A stretch of 64,000 nucleotides of DNA, from the NCBI RefSeq assembly GCF_006345805.1, contig NC_042998.1:27838001-27902000 (forward strand). The letters run 5' to 3'. This document shows positions 25,879-39,388 of the stretch, piece by piece; the stretch's first letter is position 1, and every line of letters starts with the position of its first letter. The DNA comes from Octopus sinensis (lineage: Eukaryota). The notes beneath the pieces were generated by a model. That model was not told the DNA's origin. It made no database searches and saw only the letters and a list, made by a program, of their open reading frames with translations. The position numbers and the translations under genes were made by a program.

Positions 25879-26939
25879 TATGCCTTGTATAATTCAGATT
25901 CTTTTAGAATATTTTTTATTAAATGGTTTAGATGTAAAATTTAAGTGTATATTTGCATTGGGTGTTCAACCATATACTACAGAGATAAATTTATACGATA
26001 TATCACTAAGATAAAGTTATTTCAATTGAAGATATAATTCTAAAAGAAATTACATCTTAAATATGTAACTTAATTCTCGTTCCAGAACCCATTTAATATT
26101 TTTTCTATTGATTCGTACATGGCGTTCTATCGGGATAATAAAATTAAAGCGCAGAACATTAACTTTAAATAAATTCCAAGCTATTTTCCGGAAAAAAGGC
26201 AAATTAGATGAATACCTCTACATAACGTATATACTGTGTCTATTTATATAACTATTGAATGATTGCGTATACGCAGAAGAAAAAATAATTGACAGGCAAT
26301 CAATATACTTTTGACGAAACTTCGATTAAAGCACAATACTATCTTTCGTTGAAATAATTTCAATTATATAAATAAGTGGAAAAATCTAGAATATGCGAAC
26401 ACTGAGTGCATTGAATCACTTATATAACATCACTGTCATTAATAATGGCTTTCCGCAAATATCAATATCAATTTGGAACATACATACACCCAAACAGGCT
26501 CACACAAACGGAGGGAATGAAATAATCTCATATGTGTATATCCTTCTCTCACCTCCTTCTTTCTTCTCTCCGTCTCACTCTCCACGTATATACGCATATA
26601 TATATACTCACTTTCTCTAATACACACACAATCTCTCTCTGTCTCTCCGTCTCTCACATACACATGTAAAATCACTTAATTGTATATGTTTGTGTGGGCG
26701 TGTTTGAGTGTATGCGCGTTACAAATTGACTTTGATATTGTGGTGCTGTAGATAAATATTAATATTTCGAAAAATCCTGATAGTACACACACACACACAC
26801 ACACATGAGCACGCGCACACACACGTAAACGCTCACACAATTTTTCGATATATGGAATCATAAGTACTTCTTAAAATCTATCAAAATTAAAATCATGTTT
26901 ACGTATATGTGTGTATGTACACACACATACACACTCACA

Positions 26940-26949
26940 GACACACACC

Positions 26950-27014
<65 letters not shown>

Positions 27015-27076
27015 ATGCATATATATACACATGTATAAATATTTATATATATATATGTATATGTATAAGCAATGTA

Positions 27077-27142
<66 letters not shown>

Positions 27143-27170
27143 CACATACATGTATGTATGTATGTATGTA
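26940..27170. repeat. Compound (TA)n/(TACA)n microsatellite
   Basis: Direct reading. Confidence 0.95.
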
Positions 27171-27837
27171 CGCAAAGTTTAGGTGGCCATACGTCAGTGT
27201 GCATATGTATACGGTTTGATAAAATGCATGATAAAATATATGCATCGAAAATATATCATTACAATTTACATTATTGTAAATTATGAAATGATTAAAACAC
27301 AAAATATAAAACACAAAATATAAAAAAAAGAAATTCAATCTAACTTGCCTCGTATTAAATTATTGCAAAGATTATTGTAAAAGAAGCACTATATATATAT
27401 ATATGGATATAAATATATTACTTACCCAAGCGAATATTAGATTTTCTATAAGCATCATTGATGCAATTTTGTATATGAACTAATATGTAGTTTCACTTAT
27501 GTCACTATATCTAGAACCTGTTTAAATAATATAACTTGTAACATTTTTGAACGTAAATAAGAATTTAGCATCGATGATAGGTCTTTCGGTGAACATATCC
27601 TTCATATTTAGAAGATGAATATTTTAACTGACGATTATATCTAATGTGAATTTCATAAGGTTATATCATTGAAAACATTAAATTATTCCGTTTCATATCT
27701 AGTACCGTTTAGTTAATAACATTCTAGTATATAAGGATGCAATTTTCATATGATTTATAACACGTTCCTTGAAGTAGTTATGATCCTAATTATATTTCAT
27801 TTCGTGATCAATATTGTCAAATATTAATATATGTTGG

Positions 27838-28062
27838 ACAGGAGTGGTTGTGTCGTAAGAAGCATGCTTTCCAACCACAAGTTTCCGGGTCAGTGTCACT
27901 GAGTGTTACTTTCGGTAAACGTTTTCTACTATGGTTTTCTACCACATGGTTCCGGGTTCAGTCCCACTGCGTGGAACTTTGGGCAAGTGTCTTCTACTAT
28001 GGCCTCGAGCCGAACAAATCCTTGAGTGGATTTGGTAGACGGAAACTGAAAGAAGCCTGACG

Positions 28063-28093
<31 letters not shown>

Positions 28094-28126
28094 CTGTCTA
28101 TCTATCTCTCTCACTCTCTCTCTCTC

Positions 28127-28169
<43 letters not shown>

Positions 28170-28373
28170 TTCTGTGTTTGTCCCCGCAACATCGCTTGAC
28201 AACCGATGCTGGTATGTTTACGTCCCCGTAACCTAGCGGTTCGGCAAAATACACCGATAGAATAAGTACTAGGCTTACAAAGAATAAGTCCTGGGGTCGA
28301 TTTGCTCGACTGAAGGTGGTGCTCCAGCATGGCCACAGTCAAGTGACTGAAACAAATAAAAAAGTAAAAGAGT
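27838..28373 (+). mobile_element. SINE family A preceded by an older head fragment
   Basis: Diverged head at 27838-27932 followed by a second copy from about 27941. Confidence 0.85.
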
Positions 28374-28536
28374 AAATGAATTTAATACCCAATTCTTATG
28401 ACATTTTCTTTAACCTATGTTTTAATGATTTGAGCTGAGAAAATTTTCCATCTGAAGAATATCCTCATGTTGGTAGCTTCATATATTGATATCAGAATCA
28501 TGGCAACAGTGTCAAGAATAAGCTTATATAAAATAT

Positions 28537-28688
28537 TGTTGCGTGGGCGCCCCCAGACGATGAAGTAGACTAGCCCAATACTTAGATATAGAGGGAGAAG
28601 TTTAGACGTTGTGAGAGCAGTCGATGAGAGCAGAGCAGAGTTGAGTAGAAGGCATCCGAACGTGCGACATAACAGTGGCGACGAGGAT
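28537..28688 (+). mobile_element. Internally deleted 5' LTR with primer-binding site (Gypsy-like)
   Basis: TGTTG...TAACA (28537-28674) followed by G-TGGCGACGAGGAT, complementary from memory to the 3' end of tRNA-Ser(GCU). Confidence 0.7.
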
Positions 28689-29266
28689 TTCGTAGCTCAC
28701 ACAACCACTGTGTAGTATTGCGACATAAATATAGAACTGAAAACATTCACAATGAAAGAGTGTGTACAAATTTCGTAGGATGACAATTGAAAAGTAATGA
28801 AATAATTGTCGATATAATATAGCATCTGTAACCAGACTGGAATCAAAATATATTCTCCTGCTATTTTGATGTTAGTAGTGTCAGTTCAGCATGTTTAGAT
28901 TGCTTGTTCAGCAAAAAGAATGCATCACATGATAATGATATTAATTTAACCGATTCTATTTTCATAAATGTCTTCGTTTGGCAATTTGTGTGTATATGAA
29001 TAGACATGCATATACATACACACGTATATGTATACGCAGTTGTTGATAAAACGTGTTCTTTGTCTATTTTCTTATCCTCTGGGAGATTTTAGGCAAAATT
29101 ATACTAATGTGTCCTTCAAATTTAATTAAATTCTATGTCTTTGTGCAGCTGAAGATTGCTCTACGTTTTAAATTGATGTAATGAAATGATTTCATTGTTC
29201 AATTAAATGGAGTCGCATGAAACGATCGTACTGCATTACCTTTGGATATCCTTACTGCTTATTTTG

Positions 29267-29336
<70 letters not shown>

Positions 29337-29345
29337 TGTATGTGT

Positions 29346-29392
<47 letters not shown>

Positions 29393-29654
29393 TGTGTGTG
29401 TGTGTGTGAGTGTGTGTGTGTGTGTAGAAAGGTTGAATTAGATTCGTCCTTTAATTTGGAGGTTTCCCAAAAAGATTTCTACTATAGATCCTTCATATTT
29501 TGATGGTAGCATGAATTTTATATCAATGTACGAAACGATCGTCTGCATGAATTAAAATTCTCTTATATATTTTAACACCACTTCTCCATTTTTAACAAAT
29601 CTGTTGTGTTTTATGGGATTTCTTTCCATAACACACACACCACACACACACATA

Positions 29655-29725
<71 letters not shown>

Positions 29726-29851
29726 AAAGTCTTTTTCTGAGACTGCCGTATTGCTGGGGTACTAGTTGGAAGTATTTTTAATCGAATGTATCAACCCCAA
29801 CACATTTTTGAAAGCCTGCATCATATTTTGTCGGTCGATTTGGTCGAACGG

Positions 29852-30092
29852 TGGTTGGGGACAAAGAAACACACACACCACACACACACACACACACTGT
29901 ATATATGTATATATATATATATATATATATACATATACACATACGTACAGCGCGCTTCTCTCAGTTTTTCTCTACCAAATCCACCCAGAAGGTCTTGCTC
30001 GATTTAAAGTTATAGTGGAAAACGCTTACTCAAAGTCCCACGCTGTGGGACTGAACCCGGAACCATGTGGCTGGGAAGCAAGTTTTTTACCA
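29852..30092 (-). mobile_element. Diverged SINE family A (mainly left half)
   Basis: Reverse-complement similarity including GTGGGACTGAACCCGGAACCATGTGG. Confidence 0.75.
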
Positions 30093-31002
30093 GGGTTCTT
30101 CTCCTTCTACCTTGATATTAAAACAAATGTCTAAGGAGCAGTAACAAATCAATATATCACTCATCCTTACCTCGTTTATTACCCTCTGGGAATTTCTGTT
30201 GTATGAATGCTACAGGATTTGTAAAAGTGGTTTATAAGGCTCTAAAATATTTTGAATCTGAAGCATAAAATCTGTAGGGTAAAACGAAACCCAAAAGAAT
30301 CACGGGAGGTTGGTGGTGGCCTGTGTCGACAGAAGTTGCGTTTATTGTCTTATAGGTACATCGGCAAGTGTAATGTAACTAAGTTTGGCTAGCCACGTAG
30401 GGAATTTGAAGACCAGCTCCACACCACATATAGTTAAGTTGAGAATGGTGGAAAACTCCAAGCCATATGTCAATGGATCTAAGAAACGTATCATATTCTT
30501 TTTAGAGCCCACAATTCCACCAAACTGCTTAATTCCAGATCCGAAATTTTTAGAAATTTTTAGTAAACCCACTTTTAAGGGAACATTTTTGTCCTCAAAC
30601 CATAAAGGTCTTGATTAAGGACGATAATAAAAGAGAGAAATAAATACTTGGGAGAGAGAATTATGCAGAAACAGGGAGTAAAATTGATACAAGTAGAGAG
30701 GATTAGAAAGAGGAAGAATTGTTTGTTTAATGAGGAGAGGAACATTGTTTGCCAGGTAAAATGGTAATGCCATCCCATTTTGTTTATGAGTATAAACTAT
30801 GCAGATTTCTTTAACAATATTCGTTTTATTTTTACTTTCATTTTGCGAGTGTAGGCATGTAGGAAGACGTGAGCTGGCAAGCAGAGCTTCTATGTATGTA
30901 TGTATGTATGTATGTATGTATGTATGTATGTATGTATGTATGCATGTATGTATGTATGTGTGCATCTATGTAAGTATATATGTATGTATGCATGCATGCA
31001 TG

Positions 31003-31490
31003 TGTCAGCTCACTTTCGAGTGCTACTGGTAACATGTAACCCAGTACAACCTGTTGCATGGTCGGGTCGTCGGCGACTAAACCGGCAACCCCACCAAGCT
31101 TGCTTGGTGAGGAGGGTGTTTAGTGGACACCCTGCGGGATGAAAAACAAAACCTGTCAAAGGGCGGAGGAACTCTTGAGAGTCAACGGCCATCCAATAAG
31201 TATCTTAAGGCTGTATCATGCGCGGGGACATAGAAATAATCGGACTGAATACCCGATCGCGCGGTTAAACCATTGGGAGTGAAGGACTCCTAGCCTTTGT
31301 TAGGGCATCCTTCTAGGAGAAAGTAACTCAGGTAACTGGGATAACTCCGACATAAAAACTGCGGCTCAATGGTTACCGATGATGTTGACTTGTTCTTCTT
31401 TTCGGATTATGGCTGCTGTTGCTTAGTGAGTGGGATTGACTCAGTGCACAGCCTTTCCTCACTTTAAAAAAAATCTTCTTGCACAGGCCA
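31003..31490 (+). mobile_element. GC-richer interspersed repeat, putative RTE-type LINE 5' UTR
   Basis: Second partial copy at 11726-11795; both abut (TATG)n. The family assignment is from recall only. Confidence 0.45.
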
Positions 31491-32332
31491 TGCACGATAA
31501 CAACATTGATTAAGCTTCGTGCAATGGCCATACTCGATAACGTATATACATATATATATATATGTATGTATGTATGTACGAACATATGTATGTGATTGTG
31601 TTTGTGTGTATGTCTGTGAGTGCAATTGCGCCTATGTGAGTTTGCGTTACAACTGTCCGTATGTAAATTCTTCTGAAAACCACTGCCCGTAAACATTAAT
31701 TTCATTCTGTTCTAAACTTAATTTTTCTTATGGCTTTTTTACTCTCTTTTACTTCCCTATTCCTTTCTCTCTTATCTTTTTCCTCTTATTTTCACTGATC
31801 TACACTGTCTCCGAAATTCAAATATATTTCTCCTACTCTCCGCATTTACCTATCAAAATATTTTCCTCCCGCACATGCACAAGTATTAGCTATTTTCATT
31901 CTTAGTTATTCTCCCCTCAAACCATTTTTCCTTCCGCCTTTACAAATAGAATTTATGCGAAGTGTCTCTCTCTCCCTTCCCTATGGCATACAGAAATTAA
32001 AAAAAACCCAAACTTTATTATTGAAATATTCTGTAAAAACTTGGTTTACATAAGAATTCCAGACGAAAATCCACATTTACTTTCAAAAATTTAAATACTA
32101 CACGAAATAAATTCGTTATTTCAGACAAATAAAACGCACACACACAAGCACAAAGACATACCCATTGATAGTCGGAATGTCCGCTTCAGAACAGAATCGG
32201 ATATGCTTCTCACTAATAGCCATTCAGAGGGATATTACAACGCACTACACATTTCTTCAACTTGCACACATCGGAATATATGGAAATTAATTACTGCATT
32301 GAAAACGTTTTATTTTTTTTTAATATCGGTAA

Positions 32333-32877
<545 letters not shown>

Positions 32878-32954
32878 TCTTTTCTTTCTTCCACCTAACT
32901 CTCTATTTTGTATCCCATCTAAATTAATTATTACTTAACCATTCCCTCACACCA

Positions 32955-33004
32955 TCTCCGATGAAGGGATATAATTAATAAATATCCTGGAAACAGCTGT
33001 AAGA
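32955..33004 (+). ncRNA. Minimal type-I hammerhead-like motif (U4C, unpaired A/G at base of stem II)
   Basis: UCU-CCGAUGA-A-GGGAUAU(9 nt)AUAUCCU-G-GAAAC-AGCU-GUA-AGA; palindromic stem III ACAGCUGU. Confidence 0.55.
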
Positions 33005-33090
33005 CCTTCTATCTATAAATGTTCTATCTACACAGCCTTGGTGTTTTATCTCATTACGCAAAAAATTCTAATATATATATATATATATTA

Positions 33091-33237
33091 GATTGCTAGC
33101 CACTACACATTTTCCTTCCTCGTTTCTTTCTGTGTTCCTGTCTCTGGAACTTTTTCACTTCCCGAGCGTTATACTAACACATATGTTTGTTGTCTACACC
33201 GCCTGTCTTTATCTTTTGTGTTTTTGTGAATTCTCCC
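33091..33237 (+). mobile_element. Sibling of the 21897-22093 element lacking the hammerhead core
   Basis: TAGCCACTACAC...TTCCCGAGCGTTAT...GTGAATTCTCCC is shared; ~25 bp missing. Confidence 0.7.
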
Positions 33238-33382
33238 TTTAATTAATTTTCAGTGTTTATTTAATATATCATTTCATTAAACTAATATGCTTGAACATAA
33301 TTGATTCCAAATCTTTGATATTTCTCATCTATACCTCTATTCACACAAATACTTTCAGATTCACCATTTCTCTGATATGTTT

Positions 33383-33680
33383 GTTCCTTCTCGAGGCACG
33401 TCTGGCTCATTAGGGCCGGTTTCGCGGCTTCCTTCGCGTATAGGTTCCCCACCTGGACGGGACGCCGGTCCGTCGCAGGTGAGTTGCAAGATGCAGGAGG
33501 AAAGAGTGAGAGAAAGTTGTGGCGAAAGAGTCAGCAGAAGTTCGCCATTACCTTCTGCCGGAGCCGCGCGGAGCTTAGGTTTTTCGCTCATAAACACACA
33601 CATCGCCCGGTCTGAGATTCGAACCCACGATCCCTCGATCGCGAGTCCGTTGCTCTAACCACTAGACCATGTGCCTCCAC
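33383..33680 (-). mobile_element. SINE head D + tail X
   Basis: Full copy with 14-bp TSD CATTTCTCTGATAT (33365-33378 and 33680-33693). Confidence 0.92.
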
Positions 33681-33902
33681 ATTTCTCTGATATACTTCAC
33701 TAATACACTTCTTTTGTTTCATTATAGCGAAGTCGACATTCTCATGTGATATATATTTTGATATTATTATTAACTTTCTTTAATATATCGCATTTTCGTT
33801 CAATGCAGAAAAAAGATTTGAAAATACATTGAATTGAAGGTGCACCAAACATAGAACCGTGCTTGAAAAGTTGATTACCTTCCCTTACATTACAGATTAT
33901 GT

Positions 33903-34200
33903 GGAGGCGCAACGGCCCAACGGCCCAGTGGTTAGGGAAGTGGACTTGCGGTCGTAGGATCACGGTTTCGATTCCCAGACTGGGCGTTGTGTGTGTTTAT
34001 TAAACGAAAACACCTAAAGCTCCACGAGGCTCCGGCAGTGGGCGGTGGCGAATCCTTCTGTATTCTTTCACCACTGTTTTCTCTCACTCTTTCTTCCTGT
34101 TTTTCAAAGAGGCCAGCTTTGTCACACTCTGTCACGCTGAATCTCCCCGAGAACTGCCTTAAGGGTACACGTGTCTGTGGAGTGCTCAGCCACTTGCCTG
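33903..34200 (+). mobile_element. SINE head D + tail E
   Basis: Head D with a short AACGGCCC duplication, joined to tail E. Confidence 0.88.
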
Positions 34201-34753
34201 TTTGTCTGTCTGTATGTCTATCTATTTTCTCTCAATACATATATGCATACATTTATATGTACATGTGCACGTTTTCTTCGTGTGTGTCTCATTGTGTGTG
34301 TTTCTGTGTGAATCGACGAAAGAAATACATATCCATAAAAAATGCCCCATAAAGCTTCGCTTCCTTTCAATTACACACAAACTTCCCCTGTCATTCTCAC
34401 CAACAATGCAGGGAATCAGAGATTCTCCGGTTGAAGAAGACATTAAACAACGATATTATTACCAACCAATAACAAAAAGTATTCAAAAGTGTGTCAAATA
34501 TAAAACGCCAAAGGAAAGAACTTGGAAACCATTTACGAATACTGAATCTGAAAATTATTCTATACTGTTCCCGGAAGTTGAAAATTTCAACTGTATAATT
34601 TCGATTTAAATCTAAGAGAAGGGGTGCCATAAAGATGTGTCGATTGAAACAGCGGGGAAGTGGAGCAGAAAGATCGGTGTGAGAGAACTCACCATCCAGT
34701 GAATGGAGATACCGCTTCTGACGATTTTGAAATACAAGTTATGTTCGATATGC

Positions 34754-35555
34754 TTTATATTGGAACCAGGAATATAAAATTTGTTATGTCAGCAAAACTA
34801 GATTCTGTACAAAGAAAAAAAAAAAAAAAAAAGCAATGCTATCGAAATTGTGGTAAGAAGTGAATTAAAAAGTGAATATAATTTTAGGCAACTTCGCCGT
34901 ATATAACTTTAGCTATGCATTTATATCGATAAAAATAGTTGAATTCGTCATCGACAAACATATCTCTCTACCTATTATTCAATACAATTCGATAAGCGAG
35001 AAGATTTTATCGTTACGAACACAAAGCAAAGCAAATATGAGTCTAATTCAAGTTTATGCACCAATATCGGGAGCTCATAAAAAGGAAATTGAAAATGTGT
35101 ATGACGGTTTGCAAATTATAAATTGCAATTTCGATGCAAAAAAATGGGGAGGTAGAATCACGCATCATTGCGGAAAAATTTAGTCTTCACTCCAAAAATG
35201 ATGTTGGGAAAAGATTGATCATTTCCTGCTCAGAAAATATTTGTTGAATGAATGCTTAAAAGCGATTATATCTCCGCAATATTGCAAACAAGCAATATCG
35301 CTATATTATTCATTACGACCTTATTGGAGAAACTAGAGTGAAGCATCGTCCATGCAGTAAACACCTTAGCTATTGCTGACGGTGGAGATAACTGTCAGAT
35401 TTTCGTCACTAAATTGAAACTGAAATTAAAATGAATGAAATAAATATGCAGATAATCCGAGATCGATGCAACTATAAGAGATGAAGGCACCATATGCATT
35501 AATAAATGCAAAAGCTTCTGGAGTGAATGAAATTCGATTTGAAATATTTAAGTAT
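34754..35555 (+). pseudogene. Decayed RTE-clade LINE: APE endonuclease and start of RT
   Basis: Frameshifted motifs YIGTRNIK..SAKLDSVQR, ISEKILSLR...SLIQVYAP...EIENVYDGLQ, NFDAK, KNDVGKRLI and KASGVNEI. Confidence 0.8.
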
Positions 35556-35830
35556 GTGCGCAATATCCAAGAAGCTTTCTCAATTACGCTCTCTGATGCG
35601 AACCGAAATAATCATCTACACTCGAGTTTTTAAAAATATTTGACGAAACTATCAAAGTGTAGGCCATACATTTTATATAAGTACTATTATGATTAGCATA
35701 TTTATAAACACAATTCAACATAGTGTTAAATAGGTTATGTAAAAAGCAAGATTCTACTAGGGTAGAATCTACATCAGATATATGAGTGCTGACATACACA
35801 CACGCACACACACACACATACTCATATATA

Positions 35831-35991
35831 TACGACGTGCTTTCATTTCTGTCGAACATATACACCCACAAGGTTTTGGTAAACCCGAGAATTCAGTAGC
35901 AGATACTTGCCCAAGGTGCTACGTAGTGGGACTGAACCCGGAACAAAGTTGTTGCAAGCCAGGCTCTTTAACTCATGGCCATGCCTCCCTC
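35831..35991 (-). mobile_element. Diverged SINE family A, left half
   Basis: Contains CCCAAGGTGCTACGTAGTGGGACTGAACCCGG. Confidence 0.7.
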
Positions 35992-36048
35992 CATATATAT
36001 ATACACACACATACATATATATATACACACATACACACATATATATAC

Positions 36049-36091
<43 letters not shown>

Positions 36092-36152
36092 TATATAGAT
36101 ATACATATATAGTTATACATATACATATACATATTTATATATATACATCCAT

Positions 36153-36194
<42 letters not shown>

Positions 36195-36278
36195 GCATAC
36201 ATATATAGATGCATACATACATATACACACGCATATATATACATGCATATAAATACATACATACATACATACATATAT

Positions 36279-36497
36279 ATTTCTTTACTGCCCACAAGGG
36301 GTTAAACATAGAGGGACAAACAAGGACAGACAAACAGATTAAATCGACCCCATTGTGTAACTGGTACTTTATTTATCGACCCCGAAAGGATGAAAGGCAA
36401 AGTCGACCTCGGCGGAATTTGAGCTCAGAACGTAACGACAGACGAAATACGGCTACACATTTCGCCCGGCTCGCTAACGTTTCTGCAGCTCGCCGCC

Positions 36498-36499
<2 letters not shown>
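36279..36499 (-). mobile_element. SINE family B, tail B1
   Basis: Full reverse-complement copy. Confidence 0.9.
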
Positions 36500-36576
<77 letters not shown>

Positions 36577-36584
36577 TATATATA

Positions 36585-37641
36585 TTAGGTTGGCAACTAA
36601 GTTAACGCGTTTATTTTTTAAATCTAAATTTTTTAAAAGGTTTATTAAAAGATAACTAATTAATCAATAATGTATTCACCCTTGTTTACAACTTCTTCCC
36701 AACGTTCAACAAAATTTTCAATACCTCGTTGGTAGAAATCACTCGATTTCTATACGAAAAATTGATCCAACCAACCTCTCAATTCTGCATCAGTATTGAA
36801 CGAAACTCCGCGCATAGCATTTGAAAGAGATCGAAAAGGGTGGAAATCCGTTGGTGCCAAATCAACAGAGTACGGCGGGTGTGACAGCACTTCTCAGCCA
36901 TGCGTTTGAATCTCTTCCTTGGTCATATTGGCGATATGAGAGCGGGCGTTGCCATGCAACAGAACTCCATGCTGCCGATTAGGTCTTTTCTTCTTAAATA
37001 GCCATGTTGAGTCATTCCATCTGTTGAACATTGAGTTCGGCGTTGATAGTTTGATTCTGTTCAAGCAATTCGTGATGGATAATCCCTTTCCAGTCCCACG
37101 ATACGCACAACATTGTTTTACGCGGATGAAGACCTGTTTCACCCGCGGCGTCGCTTGTTTACCGGAGCTAAAGCGTTCTTTACGCTGCTTCATATTAATG
37201 TACAGGCACCATTTTTCGTGTCCATGAGTTGAGCGGTGACGAACAAGCAAACCAGCGGTGATTGTGGCTCGTTGATTTTTGTTGTTGTCAGTTAAAGCAT
37301 GCGGAACCCATGCTCCATACTTCTGAACCTTTCCCAATGAGTGAAGATGTTTCTCTATAACAGTGTGGGAGCATTCCATTTTCTCTGCCAGTTCCCTTGT
37401 CGTTTGACGATAATTTTCGTACAAAAGTTGGTTCAATCGTTCTTCATCGAACTCAACTGGATGACCAGAACGAGGTTCGTCTTTCAGGTCAAAATTTCCA
37501 TTTTTGAACTTGGCATACCAATCACGAGCGGTTCTTTCAGCTATGGCATCCTCTCCATACACAGCACAAATATCGCGAGTAGATTCCAAAATTTAAAAAC
37601 GCAATAAATTCCAAAATTAAAAAAAACAGCGGGAACCCTAA
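36585..37641 (-). mobile_element. Defective mariner (DD34D) transposon
   Basis: TA-TTAGG...CCTAA-TA ends with one TIR partly deleted; ORF 36894-37589 has the HTH region, WVPHAL and (D)EKW; YSVDLAPTDF and RWEEVV...GEYIID follow in another frame. Confidence 0.92.
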
Positions 37642-37644
37642 TAC

Positions 37645-37647
37645 CTG

Positions 37648-37728
<81 letters not shown>

Positions 37729-37850
37729 TTGTCTCTCTGTCTGTCTCCCTATCTATATATCTGTCTCCCTATCTATTTACCTGTCTCCCTATATATCTAT
37801 CTATCTATCTGTCTGTCTGTCTGTCTGTCTGTCCGTCCGTACATGCATCC
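37645..37850. repeat. (CTAT)n/(CTGT)n microsatellite
   Basis: Direct reading. Confidence 0.95.
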
Positions 37851-38731
37851 ATCCATCCTTCTGTCTTTTAAATTTGTTCACGGGAAACGTTTTGAATATG
37901 CAAATAAAATTCCTCTTCCATTATGCGGGCTACACTCTAATGTTACTGACAGGCGAACCAGCTTTTTGGAGGATGCGCCGAGCTGTGCCGATATAATGTA
38001 AGATAAATACAGTAATTTACTGATATGTATAGGTGAGTATCTATTTCTTTGTATCTGAATGTAGGCAAGCAGACGCTTTAAGAGGCCTATTTTTACGAGT
38101 CGGTCTATCTTTTTTTTTTCATGTTTTGTTTAAACATCAAAATTTTTATCATATATGTATTACAATTTACATCTCTTGCTAAACATAGCTTGCTTTGATT
38201 CAGTCTAACTGTTACTACTTTTAATGTGCTTTGTAAACACTGTCCTCGTAACTTCCGTTAATTCAAACCATAAAGTTTGTCGACAGCCTGCCTACTGTAC
38301 ATAAGTTTCAAATTTCTGAACGTCTATAAATATTTTGCGGTTCAGCATTTGTCATAGCACATTCTGATAAAATATTGCATAATTTTAAACTTAATAACTA
38401 TAATCATAAGATGATTATCACGAAAACACGTGGAAAGATGTTCTAAGTAAATAATATTAAACAATATTCTCCTGTTTTATACATTCTATTCATAGCCTGC
38501 GATCATTATAACGACCATATCTGTAACATCTGTTTCGGAGTGTGAAAGAATACATTGTGCTCTTATGAAATGGTTTTATATTGTATAGTTTAATAGGCAT
38601 TCTATCTACCGAATATATATATATTAGTATATCATGAGGTATGAGAAGTGAATATAAATTTATTTAGCCAGTGACTTCCGTTATAATGAAAACAATATTA
38701 CATAAACCTGACGGGTTACTTTTGTAGGGGT

Positions 38732-39110
38732 GGAGGCGCAATGGCCCAGTGGTTAGGGAAGCGGACTCGCGGCCGTAGGATCGCGGTTTCGATTCACAGA
38801 CCGGTGTTGTTAGTGTTTATTGAACGAAAATATCTAGAGCCCCACAAGGCTCCGGCAGGGGATAGTGACGAATCCTGCTGTAGTCTTTCACCACAGCTTT
38901 CTCTCATTATTTCTTCCTGTTTCTGTTGTATCTGTATTTCAAAGGGCTAGCCTTGTCACACTCTGTGTCAAGCTGAATCTCCCCGAGAACTACGTTAAAG
39001 GTACACGTGTCTGTGGAGTACTCAGCCACTAATACGTTAATTTCACGTGCAGGCTGCTCCGTTGATCGGATCAACTAGGACCCTAGACGTCGCAACAGAC
39101 GGAGTGCCAC
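38732..39110 (+). mobile_element. SINE head D + tail E (full length)
   Basis: Matches 45675-46032. Confidence 0.9.
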
Positions 39111-39159
39111 TTTTGTAGAGTACAAATTTGTTATTCTTAAAAAAAGAATAATATTGCTT

Positions 39160-39388
39160 TCAAACTTTTGCTCAAGGCCAGCAATTTTAGGGAAGGGGGC
39201 TAGTCGATTGCATCGATCCCAGTACTCAAATGATACTTATTTTATCGACCCTGAACATGTGAAAGGTAAATTTCGACTTCGGTGGAATTTGAACTCACAA
39301 CGTAAAGACAGACGAAATGACGCTAAGCATTTCGCCCGGCTTGTTAACGACCCGGCCATCTCGCCGTTTCTGCCAGCTCGCCGCCTTT
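39160..39388 (-). mobile_element. SINE family B with alternative tail B2
   Basis: Family B body, with the tail reading GCCCCCTTCCCTAAAATTGCTGGCCTTG on the minus strand. Confidence 0.8.

Noticed and set aside
29490-29550. TTGATG...GAAAC-GATC-GTC look-alike
   Set aside because: A9 is missing and stem I does not pair.
30342-30618. Overlapping 76/77-aa ORFs in a GC-richer patch
   Set aside because: No recognisable motif.
38520-38575. Minus-strand TTCATAA-GAG...CTCC-GAAAC-AGAT-GTT look-alike
   Set aside because: G5 is substituted and there is no stem I.
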